Assembly (NCBI GenBank): GCA_963805975.1
Contig: CAWDVR010000002.1
Coordinates: forward strand, 480,001 to 544,000
Source of the DNA: an uncultured Acidobacteriota bacterium
GTDB taxonomy: Bacteria > Acidobacteriota > Thermoanaerobaculia > Multivoradales > SZUA-115
Length of the DNA: 64,000 bases
Reading direction: 5' to 3'
The notes below the pieces were generated by a model that saw only the letters and a program-made list of their open reading frames with translations, did not search any database and had not been told where the DNA came from. The position numbers and the translations under genes were made by a program. Shown piece after piece: positions 50,254-59,128 of the stretch (positions are counted from its first letter, which is position 1; each line of letters starts with the position of its first letter).

Positions 50254-52095
50254 ATGCGAAAAGTCGCGAGCGTCCCGCCGGAGATCTCTCCGAGCCGCTA
50301 TATCGAGAAGGTGAGCCTGGCGACCGACGAGGCCATGGACGTCGAGATCCTGCCGCAGCAGCTCCTGGTCCACCAGCACCGCGACTACCACCCGGTCGAC
50401 GTCCAGGCGCGGCGGCTGATGAGCCGCCTGGTGCGCTCGACCGGCGACGAGCAGCATGCGCGCCAGCGTATGAAGGAGATCCGCAACCTCGGGCACCGCG
50501 CGTCGGAGGTGATCGGCAAGGCCGTGGGCTCCGATCCGGCCAAGGTCGCCCGCACCCTCTTCGGCCTCAAGAATCGCGAGTACTACTTCCGCTACAAGCA
50601 GCACCCTCACACCCACGAGGAGATCGAGGCCAAGATCGAGGCGCTCAAGAAGGAGGCCTTCGCCAGGCTCGCCGCCGTCACTCACGAGGGGCGCCTCCGC
50701 CTGCGGGTGCTGCTGACCGGCGGCACCGGCTTCGTGGGCAAGGAGGTGCTGTGGCAGGCGGCGCACGACGACGACATCGCCGAGATGGTGGTGCTGATCC
50801 GGCCGAAGACGATCGTCGACCGCAAGAGCGGCGAGGTGAAGGGAGTGGTCACCCCTGCGGAGCGCGGCGAGGAGCTCCTCTCCCAGCTCTGGCTCGAGGC
50901 GCCCGAGGCGCGCCAGAAGTTCCGCTTCCTGGCCGGCGACGTCGAAGAGCCCGGCATGGGGCTCGCTCCCTTCGAGATCGAAACGCTCGCGGCGACCCTC
51001 ACCCACGTCATCCACTGCGCGGCGAGCGTCTCCTTCGACGATCCCTACGAAGAGTCCTTCCGCGCCAACGTCACCGGCACGCTCAACGCGCTCGAGTTCT
51101 CGCTCGGCCTGCAGCAGACGCCGGGGAGCCCGTTCGTCGCCCACCTCGCCATCGAGACCTCCTACATCCACGGCCGGCAGGCGCACGACCTGGCACGCGA
51201 GGACCAGATCGTCTTCCCCCGCAACTTCTACAACAACTACTACGAGCTGACCAAGGCCATGGCCTCGCTCGAGACCGAGCGCTTCCTGCTCGAGCGCGGC
51301 CTGCGCGTGGTGCAGCTCTGCCCGGCGATCGTGATCGGCGAGTCCCGCGCCGGCAACAACCGCGGCGACACCAAGGTGGTCAACGCGCCGGTAAACGTCT
51401 TCGGCCGCGCCCACCAGGCCCTGTCGCAGCTCACCGGCACCTGGGTGGAGCGCTCCTCGGCCACGGTGCTCGCCAAGATGGCGACCGTGTTCCCCGGCGA
51501 CCCTTCCGCCGAGCTCAACCTGATCCCGGTCGACTGGGTGGTGGACGGGATCGTGGCCGCCCTGAAGCGTCCGCAGGCGACCGGCGAGCGCATCCATCTC
51601 GCGACCGACAACCGCCTCACCTCGCAGCAGATCCGCGACACCGTGCACGAAGAGCTGGGGGTCGAGGTGCGCCTGGCCGAGCCCACCCTGCACCGGAACG
51701 TCACTCTCCCCGTGCTCTCCAAGGTGCTCACCCGTTTCAAGCAGGAGCGCCTGGCCGGGGCGCTCGAGAAGCTCGGCACCATCTTCGGCGGCTACTCCGA
51801 GTGGGGCCAGCCGGTGCACGAGGTGGGAAACGACGTTCGCGTTCTGGGCCTGCCGCTGCCGCGCCCGAACACCCTCTTCGCCTTCCGCATGCTCTGCCGC
51901 CACAACCGCTACGTGCAGAACTACGGGCAGGTCAAGGACCTGAACGAGATCTCCCGGCGCGAGAAGGTGTGGTGGGAGCTCGTCCACCAGCTCGAGACCG
52001 CAACCGGCGGGCCGGTGGGCGCGATGGGGGCGGAGGAGTTCCGGAAGGAATTGGGTGAGAGGGTGGACCTCGAGAAGTTCGTGCTCGTGAGCTGA
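50254..52095 (+). CDS. Extended SDR (fatty acyl-CoA/thioester reductase-like) with long N-terminal extension
   Basis: LLTGGTGFVG, IHCAASVSF, ANVTGT, YELTK, PAIVIG, IPVDWV. Confidence 0.8.
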   Translation: MRKVASVPPEISPSRYIEKVSLATDEAMDVEILPQQLLVHQHRDYHPVDVQARRLMSRLVRSTGDEQHARQRMKEIRNLGHRASEVIGKAVGSDPAKVARTLFGLKNREYYFRYKQHPHTHEEIEAKIEALKKEAFARLAAVTHEGRLRLRVLLTGGTGFVGKEVLWQAAHDDDIAEMVVLIRPKTIVDRKSGEVKGVVTPAERGEELLSQLWLEAPEARQKFRFLAGDVEEPGMGLAPFEIETLAATLTHVIHCAASVSFDDPYEESFRANVTGTLNALEFSLGLQQTPGSPFVAHLAIETSYIHGRQAHDLAREDQIVFPRNFYNNYYELTKAMASLETERFLLERGLRVVQLCPAIVIGESRAGNNRGDTKVVNAPVNVFGRAHQALSQLTGTWVERSSATVLAKMATVFPGDPSAELNLIPVDWVVDGIVAALKRPQATGERIHLATDNRLTSQQIRDTVHEELGVEVRLAEPTLHRNVTLPVLSKVLTRFKQERLAGALEKLGTIFGGYSEWGQPVHEVGNDVRVLGLPLPRPNTLFAFRMLCRHNRYVQNYGQVKDLNEISRREKVWWELVHQLETATGGPVGAMGAEEFRKELGERVDLEKFVLVS

Positions 52096-52098
52096 GAG

Positions 52099-52193
52099 GC
52101 ACGCAAGCCAGCCAACCCACAGCTCGGGGCCAGTTGGCTTGCGGTGACGTGGAGAGCCAGTGCGGAGAAAGGCCTCTCCGCCGGGTTGCGTGC
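52099..52193. other. Structured intergenic element between convergent genes
   Basis: Outer gcacgcaa/ttgcgtgc stem, with inner agccaac/gttggct and gcggaga/tctccgc stems. Confidence 0.45.
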
Positions 52194-52196
52194 TAT

Positions 52197-52784
52197 CTAG
52201 TCGTCGTCGCCGCCGCGCACCTTGACCCAGCCGTACATGCTGTCGTTGACGAAGTGGGGCAGGATGCCGCAGATCACCAGGTAGTCACCGGGCTCGGCGA
52301 AGTTCACGGTCTCGACGCGGTCGCGCGCCACGAGGCTCGGGTCCTGGCCCATGTAGATGCGGCCCGTCGGGTCGTTGATGATCGGGATGCCGGCCGGGGT
52401 TCCGGTCGTCAGCGTGATGAGCGTGGTGTCGATGTCCTCGGGCTCGACGCCGTCTTCGTACACCGCCATCTGGTGGAAGCCGGAGATGATGAAGTCCACC
52501 GAGCCGCCGGCCTCGACCCGGACCTCGAACGGCTGCATCTTGTGGAGGTTCGGCACACCGGCAGAGACGTTGGGGAAGCGGTTGATCGGCGGGTGCGTCA
52601 TCCAGGCCCCGAAGCCGACCGTCACACGATCCTTGAGATCGTTGTCATGGCCGTTCCCATGGCCATTGCCGTGACCGTTGCCGTGGCCGTTCCCATGACC
52701 ATTGCCGGCCACCGCGGACGACGCGACCAGCGCGCCGCAGAAGACGGCTGCACAGAACATCAAGGCCAATTTCCCTAGCTTCAT
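52197..52784 (-). CDS. Exported cupredoxin-like protein with (GNGH)5 N-terminal repeat
   Basis: GGAGGAG RBS, signal peptide, upstream His (GFHQ), PGDYLVICGILPHFVNDSMYG type-1 copper loop. Confidence 0.8.
   Translation of the reverse strand: MKLGKLALMFCAAVFCGALVASSAVAGNGHGNGHGNGHGNGHGNGHDNDLKDRVTVGFGAWMTHPPINRFPNVSAGVPNLHKMQPFEVRVEAGGSVDFIISGFHQMAVYEDGVEPEDIDTTLITLTTGTPAGIPIINDPTGRIYMGQDPSLVARDRVETVNFAEPGDYLVICGILPHFVNDSMYGWVKVRGGDDD
52647..52706 (-). repeat. Five 12-bp units encoding GNGH
   Basis: Direct translation; synonymous variation between units. Confidence 0.9.
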
Positions 52785-52968
52785 CTTCTCCTCCCGAGTC
52801 TCCGAGGACTCTTCCTGGACGTTGAGATACCTGGTCCGAGCCAAGTTTGCTCACTCGACTCCGAGCAGCCATGACCATATGCACAAGGATGGCGCTCCGT
52901 AACGCCGGATATCTAGTGCGCCTGGCGCGGTGACCTGGGACAAGTCCAGACAGGTGATCGCGTGCGTC

Positions 52969-53310
52969 TCACCCAGGAGGCCAGGGCGAGCAGCGGCAGA
53001 AACGCCGCTCGTCCGCGGAGCACCGCAGCCCGTTGACGGTGCAGTTCCCCCACCCGTCGTTGACCGCGCAGAGCTGGCCGATCACCAGCCCCACGCAGTT
53101 GATGCTGCAGACACCGCAGGGCTCGCCCACCAGCGGTGTAGTGTCTGGAGCGAGGAGGTCAGAGCCGTCCACAGGACCCTCCGTGCAGGGCAGTGCTCCG
53201 GAAGACAGTGAACCCGGAGTCAAGAAGGGCTCCGCGGCCGGGTCCTGGGCAGCGCCCGCCACGGCGGTCATCAGCAAGGCGAAGATCCACAGCGTGATCC
53301 TGGCTCTCAT
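52969..53310 (-). CDS. Small secreted Cys-rich protein (113 aa)
   Basis: GAGGAG RBS, signal peptide, acidic spacer, 8-Cys C-terminal domain. Confidence 0.75.
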   Translation of the reverse strand: MRARITLWIFALLMTAVAGAAQDPAAEPFLTPGSLSSGALPCTEGPVDGSDLLAPDTTPLVGEPCGVCSINCVGLVIGQLCAVNDGWGNCTVNGLRCSADERRFCRCSPWPPG

Positions 53311-53352
53311 ATCGGGTCTCCTCTCGGAAGGAGTGTGCCCGGGGGTCACCAT

Positions 53353-54897
53353 TCAGGGGCAGGTGTCGAACGCTCCCGTGTCCTGTACCGCCACGAAGGC
53401 CCGGTCGAGCGGGTTCTCGTAGACCCGGGCCAGCCCGGCCTCGGTATCGATCACGGTCAGGCGCAGCTCGACGTTGGTGAGGCCCGCGGCAAACACCCAG
53501 AAGCGCTCGAAGGGCGGCGCGCACGCGTCCCGCACCTTGACGAAAAGCTCCGGGTTTGCGGCGTTGAAGAACCAGAAGTAGCCCGAGTCCGCGGTCAGCG
53601 GCACGGCCTGGCCCGCACCCTGCTGGCCGGCACCCGTGCGCCAGGAAACCTCCACCTGGAAACGGCCATTCACGAGGCAGAGCCTGTTGGGGCCCGGCTG
53701 GCAGCTCGTGGGCAGTGCCGGCCCGTCCAGCCGGTAGAGGCGCCCGCTGCCCACGGCGTAGAGCTCGCCATCCCCGTCCTCGCCGAAGCTGGTCAACCCC
53801 GAGAGCGTCGGCGCCAGATCGAAGCTCTGCCAGGCAGTGCCATGTTTCTCTGCCGCCCACAGCTCGCCGGTGCAGAAATCACCATACAGGTACGAGCCAT
53901 AGAGGCCGGGGATGCGGCTGCCACGGTACACATAGCCGCCGATCACCGAGCAGCCACCGCCGTCGTGGTCGTAGTCGAGGATCGGCGCTTTGTATGCGGG
54001 TGCATTGCAGCCGGGAACGGCTCCCGGGCAGCCGGCGGTCGAGCCCAGGCAGAGGTTGCCTTCCATCATCTTCCAGCCGTAGTTCTCGCCGCCGGCGCTC
54101 GCCCGCGGTTGGAAGCTCACCTCCTCGCGGCTGTTCTGGCCCACGTCGCCGATGAAGAGGTCGCCCCGCAGGCGGTCGAAGGAGAACCGCCACGGGTTGC
54201 GCAGCCCCTTCGCCCAGATCTCGTTCAACGGCGGGCCGGCGCCCCCGAACGGGTTCGACGGTGGGATGCCGTGGTAGGGCGGCTGGTCCACGTTCTGGTT
54301 GACATCGAGCCGCAGCATCTTGCCGAGCAGCGTGTTGTCGCGCTGCGCGTAGCACTCGGGGTCGAAACCGGAGCCGCCATCGCCCATTCCCACATAGAGA
54401 TAGCCGTCCGGCCCGAACTGGAGCTGGCCGCCGTTGTGGTTGGCGTAGGGCTGGGCGATGCGGAGCAGCACGCGCTCACTGTTCTCGAGGGCATCGTTGG
54501 GGTTGCCCGCCGCAACCGAGAAGCGGGAGATCACGGTGTCGCCCCCCAGGTCCGTGTAGTTCGCGTAGAAGAAACCGTTGGCCTGGTAGGAAGGGTGGAA
54601 GGCGACGGAGAGCAGGCCCTGCTCGCTCCCCAGGAGCACCCGGCCGCGGATGTCGAGGAACGGCTGGACCAGGACGGCGGAGCCGTTCCAGATCAGCACC
54701 CTCCCCGCCTGCTCGGTGACGAACAGGCGGCCGTCACGGGCGTGGGTGATCGATACCGGTTGCGCGAGCCCCTGGGCGAGCTGGGTCAGGCTGATGGGGG
54801 GCGGGGCGGCCAGGGCCGGAAGAGCGAGGACTGCTATTGCGAGGCAGAGAGTCACGTGCAGGCGAGAGTGAGCGGAGCTTGGTCCGGGTGTGCGCAT
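53353..54897 (-). CDS. PQQ-dependent sugar (glucose/sorbosone) dehydrogenase family protein with extra C-terminal domain
   Basis: EQGLLSVAFHP, NHNGGQLQFGPDG, GLRNPWRFSFD, DVGQ..REE, SFGED. AAGGAGG RBS. Confidence 0.9.
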   Translation of the reverse strand: MRTPGPSSAHSRLHVTLCLAIAVLALPALAAPPPISLTQLAQGLAQPVSITHARDGRLFVTEQAGRVLIWNGSAVLVQPFLDIRGRVLLGSEQGLLSVAFHPSYQANGFFYANYTDLGGDTVISRFSVAAGNPNDALENSERVLLRIAQPYANHNGGQLQFGPDGYLYVGMGDGGSGFDPECYAQRDNTLLGKMLRLDVNQNVDQPPYHGIPPSNPFGGAGPPLNEIWAKGLRNPWRFSFDRLRGDLFIGDVGQNSREEVSFQPRASAGGENYGWKMMEGNLCLGSTAGCPGAVPGCNAPAYKAPILDYDHDGGGCSVIGGYVYRGSRIPGLYGSYLYGDFCTGELWAAEKHGTAWQSFDLAPTLSGLTSFGEDGDGELYAVGSGRLYRLDGPALPTSCQPGPNRLCLVNGRFQVEVSWRTGAGQQGAGQAVPLTADSGYFWFFNAANPELFVKVRDACAPPFERFWVFAAGLTNVELRLTVIDTEAGLARVYENPLDRAFVAVQDTGAFDTCP

Positions 54898-55022
54898 TGG
54901 GCTCCTCCTTTTGCGCATTGTAGAGCGCGTCGCCACGGAGAAGCCGCCGAATACTAGAGAGGGCAGGGCGGCGTGTGCGGAATCCGTCACTGACCCTCAC
55001 TCTGCGGCGCGCACATCTCTCC

Positions 55023-55073
55023 TCTTGACAATCTACAGGAGGGCCCCTAGGCTCTTCTTGTAGATCATCTAGA
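55023..55073 (+). promoter_or_regulatory. padR promoter with two palindromic operators
   Basis: Perfect -35 TTGACA at 55025. TCTTGA-caa-TCTACA (55023-55037) and TGTAGA-tca-TCTAGA (55059-55073). Confidence 0.7.
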
Positions 55074-55081
55074 GGAGAGTC

Positions 55082-55414
55082 ATGGCCACAGAAAAGTCCG
55101 ACCTGCTGCAAGGGACGCTGGACCTGTTGATCCTGAAGACCGTGGCTGTGGCGCCTGCCCACGGCTGGGGGATCTCGCAGCGCATCCAGCAGGTGTCGGA
55201 AGACGTCCTCAAGGTCAACCAGGGCTCGCTCTATCCGGCGCTCTACCGCCTGGAGCGGCAGGGCTTGATCAGCGCCGAGTGGGGGGTTTCCGAGAACGGC
55301 AGGCAGGCCAAGTTCTATCGCCTCACCGCCAGCGGTCGCCGCCGGCTCGCACGCGAGGAAGAGAGCTGGCAGCGCCTGGCCGGAGCCGTGGCGCGGGTCC
55401 TTCAGACGGTGTAG
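55082..55414 (+). CDS. PadR family regulator (acidobacterial type)
   Basis: LLQGTLDLLILK, HGWGI, QGSLYPALYRLE, AEWGVSEN.R.AKFY. Confidence 0.95.
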   Translation: MATEKSDLLQGTLDLLILKTVAVAPAHGWGISQRIQQVSEDVLKVNQGSLYPALYRLERQGLISAEWGVSENGRQAKFYRLTASGRRRLAREEESWQRLAGAVARVLQTV

Positions 55415-55426
55415 GAGAGGACGAAC

Positions 55427-58081
55427 ATGCACCGGCTCAAGCACTGGTTTCCCCGCCTCTGGAACCTCACCCACCGCCGGCAGGTGGAGCGCGAGCTGGC
55501 GGCGGAGATGGACTTCCACCTGGAGATGGAGGCGGCGAGCCTCGCCGCTCGCGGCCTTCCCGCCGAGGAGGCCCACCGCGCCGCCACCCACCGTTTCGGC
55601 GGCGTCGAGACGGCGAAGGACGAGTGCCGGCAGGAGTCGGGAGTCCTCGGCTGGGAGCGGCTGCGCCAGGATCTGCGCTTCACGTTCCGCTCCCTGGTGC
55701 ACAACCCCGGCTTTGCCCTGGCGGTGATCGCCACCCTGGGCCTCGGCATCGGCGCCACGACCTCGATCTTCAGCGTGGTGGAGAGCGTGCTCTTGACGCC
55801 GCTCCCCTATCCGCAGGGCGAGCAGCTCGTGGTGCTCCGCCAGCACGCGCCGGGGCTGGGTATCGAGGACGCGTCGCTGTCGATCCCCGAGCTGGCGGAC
55901 TACCGGGCCGGCGCCCCCGCGCTCAGCGGCCTGGTCGAGTACCACCAGATGTGGTTCAACCTCCTCGGCCGCGGCGAGCCGCGGCGGGTCGAGACCGGCG
56001 TGGTCTCGGCGGAGTACTTCGACCTCTTCGGCATCGAGCCGCTGCTCGGCCGGACGTTCCTCTCCACGGACGAGAGCCCCGGCGCCGAGCCGGTGCTCGT
56101 CCTCTCGCACCGCTTCTGGCAGAGCCAGCTCGGCGGCGATCCGGCGATCGTCGGCAAGACCTTCGAGATGAACGACCGCGTGCACACCGTGGTCGGAGTG
56201 CTGCCGCCGGTGCCGCTCTACCCCCACGAGAACGAGGTCTACATGACGACCTCGGCCTGCCCGTTCCGCTCTAGCCCCGGGCTCGAGCAGAACCGTGAAG
56301 CGCGCGGCTACCGCGCCTTCGGCCGCCTGCGGCCGGGCGTGACGCTGAGCGAAGCCCAGGTCGAGCTCTCGACCGTGGCACGGCGCATGGCTGGCGAGCA
56401 CCCGCAGTCCTACCCCGCCGGCTCGGGCTTCGACGTGCGCACTCTGTCGCTCGCCGGCGAGATCACGCGCCACGGGCGGACCACTTTCCTGCTGCTCCTG
56501 GCGACCGTCGGGCTGCTGCTCGCCACCGCCGCCGCCAACGCCGCCAACCTGATCCTGGCGCGGTTCCTCTCCCGCGACGCCGAGATCGCCCTGCGCTCGG
56601 CCCTGGGCGCCTCGCGGCGCCGCCTGCTGCGCCAGCTCGTCACCGAGACCACGGTGCTGGCGCTCGCCGGCGGAGCGCTCGGCCTCGCCCTCGCCGTGGC
56701 GGGCCGCGGGCTGCTGGTGACCTACGCCAGCCGCTTGACGCCCCGCGCCCAGGAGATCGGCGTCGGGTTGGAGGCCCTGCTCTTCACACTGCTGGTGGCG
56801 ATGGCGACCGGGCTCGTCCTGGGGGCCGTCTGTGCCTGGCAGGTCAGCCGGCGCAACCTTCTCGGCCGCCTCAAGGAAGGCAGCGGCTCGGCGGCGGGCG
56901 CGCGGACCGGCCTGCGCGGCGCGCTGGTCTCCGCACAGCTCGCGGTGGTGGTGATGCTCGCGATCGGCGCCGGGTTGATGACCAAGAGCGTCGTCAGGCT
57001 GCAGGCGGTGGACACCGGCTTCGATGCGCGGCGGGTGGCCACCGCTTCGATCGACCTCGACTGGACGAAGTATCCGGACGGTGCCAGCCGGGTCGGCTTC
57101 TACCAGCGCCTCCTCGCCGAGCTCGAGGCGCGGCCCTGGGTCGAGGCCGTGGCGCTCGCCAGCGAGGTGCCGCTCGGCGGCGACCTGCGCGGCACCGGCC
57201 TCTCGATCGAGGGCCGGCCCGCCGAACCCAACAATCCCGGCAGCCGCAAAGACGTGCGCTCGGTCAGCCCGTCCTACTTCCAGGCCCTCTCCATCCCGTT
57301 GCTGGCCGGGCGCGCTTTTTCTTCGAGCGACGGGCCCGACGCGCCCCTGGTCGCCATCGTCAGCCGTTCGCTCGCCCGACGCTACTGGGGCGAAGGCGAT
57401 CCGCTGGGGGCGCGCATCGTGGTCAGCAGCGAGGGCGATCAGCCCCGCACCATCGTGGGGGTGGTCGGAGACGTGAAGCAGTACGGGCCGGACCGCGAGA
57501 CCCGCGAGGAGGTCTACCTGCCCGTGGCCCAGGAGCCCACCCTCTCCGCCACCCTCATGCTGCGCAGCACGGCGGACCAGGCCCTCGTCGGGCGCGAGGT
57601 GCGCCAGGCGGTCTATCAGCTCGACCCGCAGCAGCCGATCTTCAACCTGCGGACGCTGGAGGCCATGCGGCGGGACTACGTGGCCTCGCCCCAGCTCACC
57701 ACGACGCTCCTCGGCCTGTTCGCGCTGCTGGCGGGCGCCATCACCCTTCTCGGCATGGCCGGCCTGCTGGCGTACTCGGTGCGCCAGCGGCGCCGCGAGA
57801 TCGGCATCCGCATGGCGCTCGGCGCCGAGCAGGCGGGGATCGCCGCCCTGATCCTGCGGCAGGGCCTCACTCTGGTGGCGGTCGGGCTGGTGCTGGGCCT
57901 GGCCGGCGGCCTCGCCACCAGCCGGCTCCTCCGCGGCCTGCTCTTCGCCGTCGAGCCCTACGACCCTGCCACCTACGCCGCCGTGGCGCTGTTGCTGATC
58001 GTTGCCGCCGCCGGCGCCTGCTGGCTGCCGGCACGGCGTGCCGCGGCCATCCAACCCGTCACCGTGCTCAAGGAAGGCTGA
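55427..58081 (+). CDS. ADOP-type duplicated MacB/FtsX ABC permease
   Basis: ELAAEMDFHLE prefix, LGLGIGATT, two MacB-PCD plus FtsX halves, REIGIRMALGA, PARRAA. Confidence 0.93.
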   Translation: MHRLKHWFPRLWNLTHRRQVERELAAEMDFHLEMEAASLAARGLPAEEAHRAATHRFGGVETAKDECRQESGVLGWERLRQDLRFTFRSLVHNPGFALAVIATLGLGIGATTSIFSVVESVLLTPLPYPQGEQLVVLRQHAPGLGIEDASLSIPELADYRAGAPALSGLVEYHQMWFNLLGRGEPRRVETGVVSAEYFDLFGIEPLLGRTFLSTDESPGAEPVLVLSHRFWQSQLGGDPAIVGKTFEMNDRVHTVVGVLPPVPLYPHENEVYMTTSACPFRSSPGLEQNREARGYRAFGRLRPGVTLSEAQVELSTVARRMAGEHPQSYPAGSGFDVRTLSLAGEITRHGRTTFLLLLATVGLLLATAAANAANLILARFLSRDAEIALRSALGASRRRLLRQLVTETTVLALAGGALGLALAVAGRGLLVTYASRLTPRAQEIGVGLEALLFTLLVAMATGLVLGAVCAWQVSRRNLLGRLKEGSGSAAGARTGLRGALVSAQLAVVVMLAIGAGLMTKSVVRLQAVDTGFDARRVATASIDLDWTKYPDGASRVGFYQRLLAELEARPWVEAVALASEVPLGGDLRGTGLSIEGRPAEPNNPGSRKDVRSVSPSYFQALSIPLLAGRAFSSSDGPDAPLVAIVSRSLARRYWGEGDPLGARIVVSSEGDQPRTIVGVVGDVKQYGPDRETREEVYLPVAQEPTLSATLMLRSTADQALVGREVRQAVYQLDPQQPIFNLRTLEAMRRDYVASPQLTTTLLGLFALLAGAITLLGMAGLLAYSVRQRRREIGIRMALGAEQAGIAALILRQGLTLVAVGLVLGLAGGLATSRLLRGLLFAVEPYDPATYAAVALLLIVAAAGACWLPARRAAAIQPVTVLKEG

Positions 58082-58108
58082 CACCCGGCAACCAGGAGAC
58101 TTTTACTC

Positions 58109-59128
58109 ATGAGACATTTCCGGACCGCTCTGTTCGCCCTGGCTCTCGCCGCCTGCCCCGCCCTGGCCCAGCCCGACACCGGTGCTCTGGCGGTGGCCCT
58201 GAACGGCCTCGACCCCGTCCTGCTGGTCGCCGGCAAGGAGCGGCAGGGCAGCGAGAGCCTCGCCCTGGAGCGCGGCCGCTTCCGCTACCTCTTCGCCACC
58301 GCCGACAACCGCTCCAGGTTCTCGGCCGAGCCGGAGAAGTACGAGATCCAGCGCGGCGGCCAGTGCGCCACCATGCCGCACGCCACCGGCGATCCCAATC
58401 TCTTCGCGGTACACGACCACCGCATCTACGTCTTCGGCAGCCCCGGCTGCCGCCAGAGCTTCCTCGCGGACCCGGCCCGCTACCTTGCCGGCGACGAGCG
58501 GCGGCAGGTCGCCATCCTGGTCTTCGACGGTGTCGAGCTGCTGGACTTCGCCGGGCCCGGCGAAGTGTTCGCCGCCGCCGGCCACGGCCAGGCGTTCGAG
58601 GTCTTCACGGTTGGCGAGACGCGCGCCCCGATCACCAGCCAGGGCTTCGTCCGGGTGACTCCCGAGCACTCGATCGCCGACGCTCCCACACCGGACGTGC
58701 TGGTGATCCCCGGTGGCAGCGTGCGCGCCGTGCTCGGCAGCCCGGCGCTGATGAGCTGGGTCCGGGCAACGGCCGGCAAGGCCACGGTGGTGCTGTCGGT
58801 GTGCAACGGCGCCCTGGTGCTCGCCAGCGCCGGGCTGCTCGACGGCCTCGAGGCCACCACCCACCACGGCTCGATCGACGCCCTGCGCCAGGTCGCGCCC
58901 CGGACCGTGGTCCACACCGACCGGCGCTTCGTCGACAACGGCAAGGTGGTCACCGCGGCCGGCGTCTCGGCGGGCATCGACGCCTCGCTGCACGTGGTCG
59001 GCCGCCTGCTGGCGCCGGCAGAGGCCGAGCGGACCGCGCGCTACATGGAGTACGCCTGGGCTGGTTCCACGGCCGGTGCGTCAGCGCCGCGCCAGGCGCT
59101 CCGGGCCGGCGCGGAGGGCAACCGATGA
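58109..59128 (+). CDS. Exported YHS-domain plus DJ-1/PfpI fusion protein
   Basis: Signal peptide, GLDPV..YLFAT..F..PEKY, ELLDFAGPGEVF, SVCNGA, TAAGVSAGID. Confidence 0.85.
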   Translation: MRHFRTALFALALAACPALAQPDTGALAVALNGLDPVLLVAGKERQGSESLALERGRFRYLFATADNRSRFSAEPEKYEIQRGGQCATMPHATGDPNLFAVHDHRIYVFGSPGCRQSFLADPARYLAGDERRQVAILVFDGVELLDFAGPGEVFAAAGHGQAFEVFTVGETRAPITSQGFVRVTPEHSIADAPTPDVLVIPGGSVRAVLGSPALMSWVRATAGKATVVLSVCNGALVLASAGLLDGLEATTHHGSIDALRQVAPRTVVHTDRRFVDNGKVVTAAGVSAGIDASLHVVGRLLAPAEAERTARYMEYAWAGSTAGASAPRQALRAGAEGNR

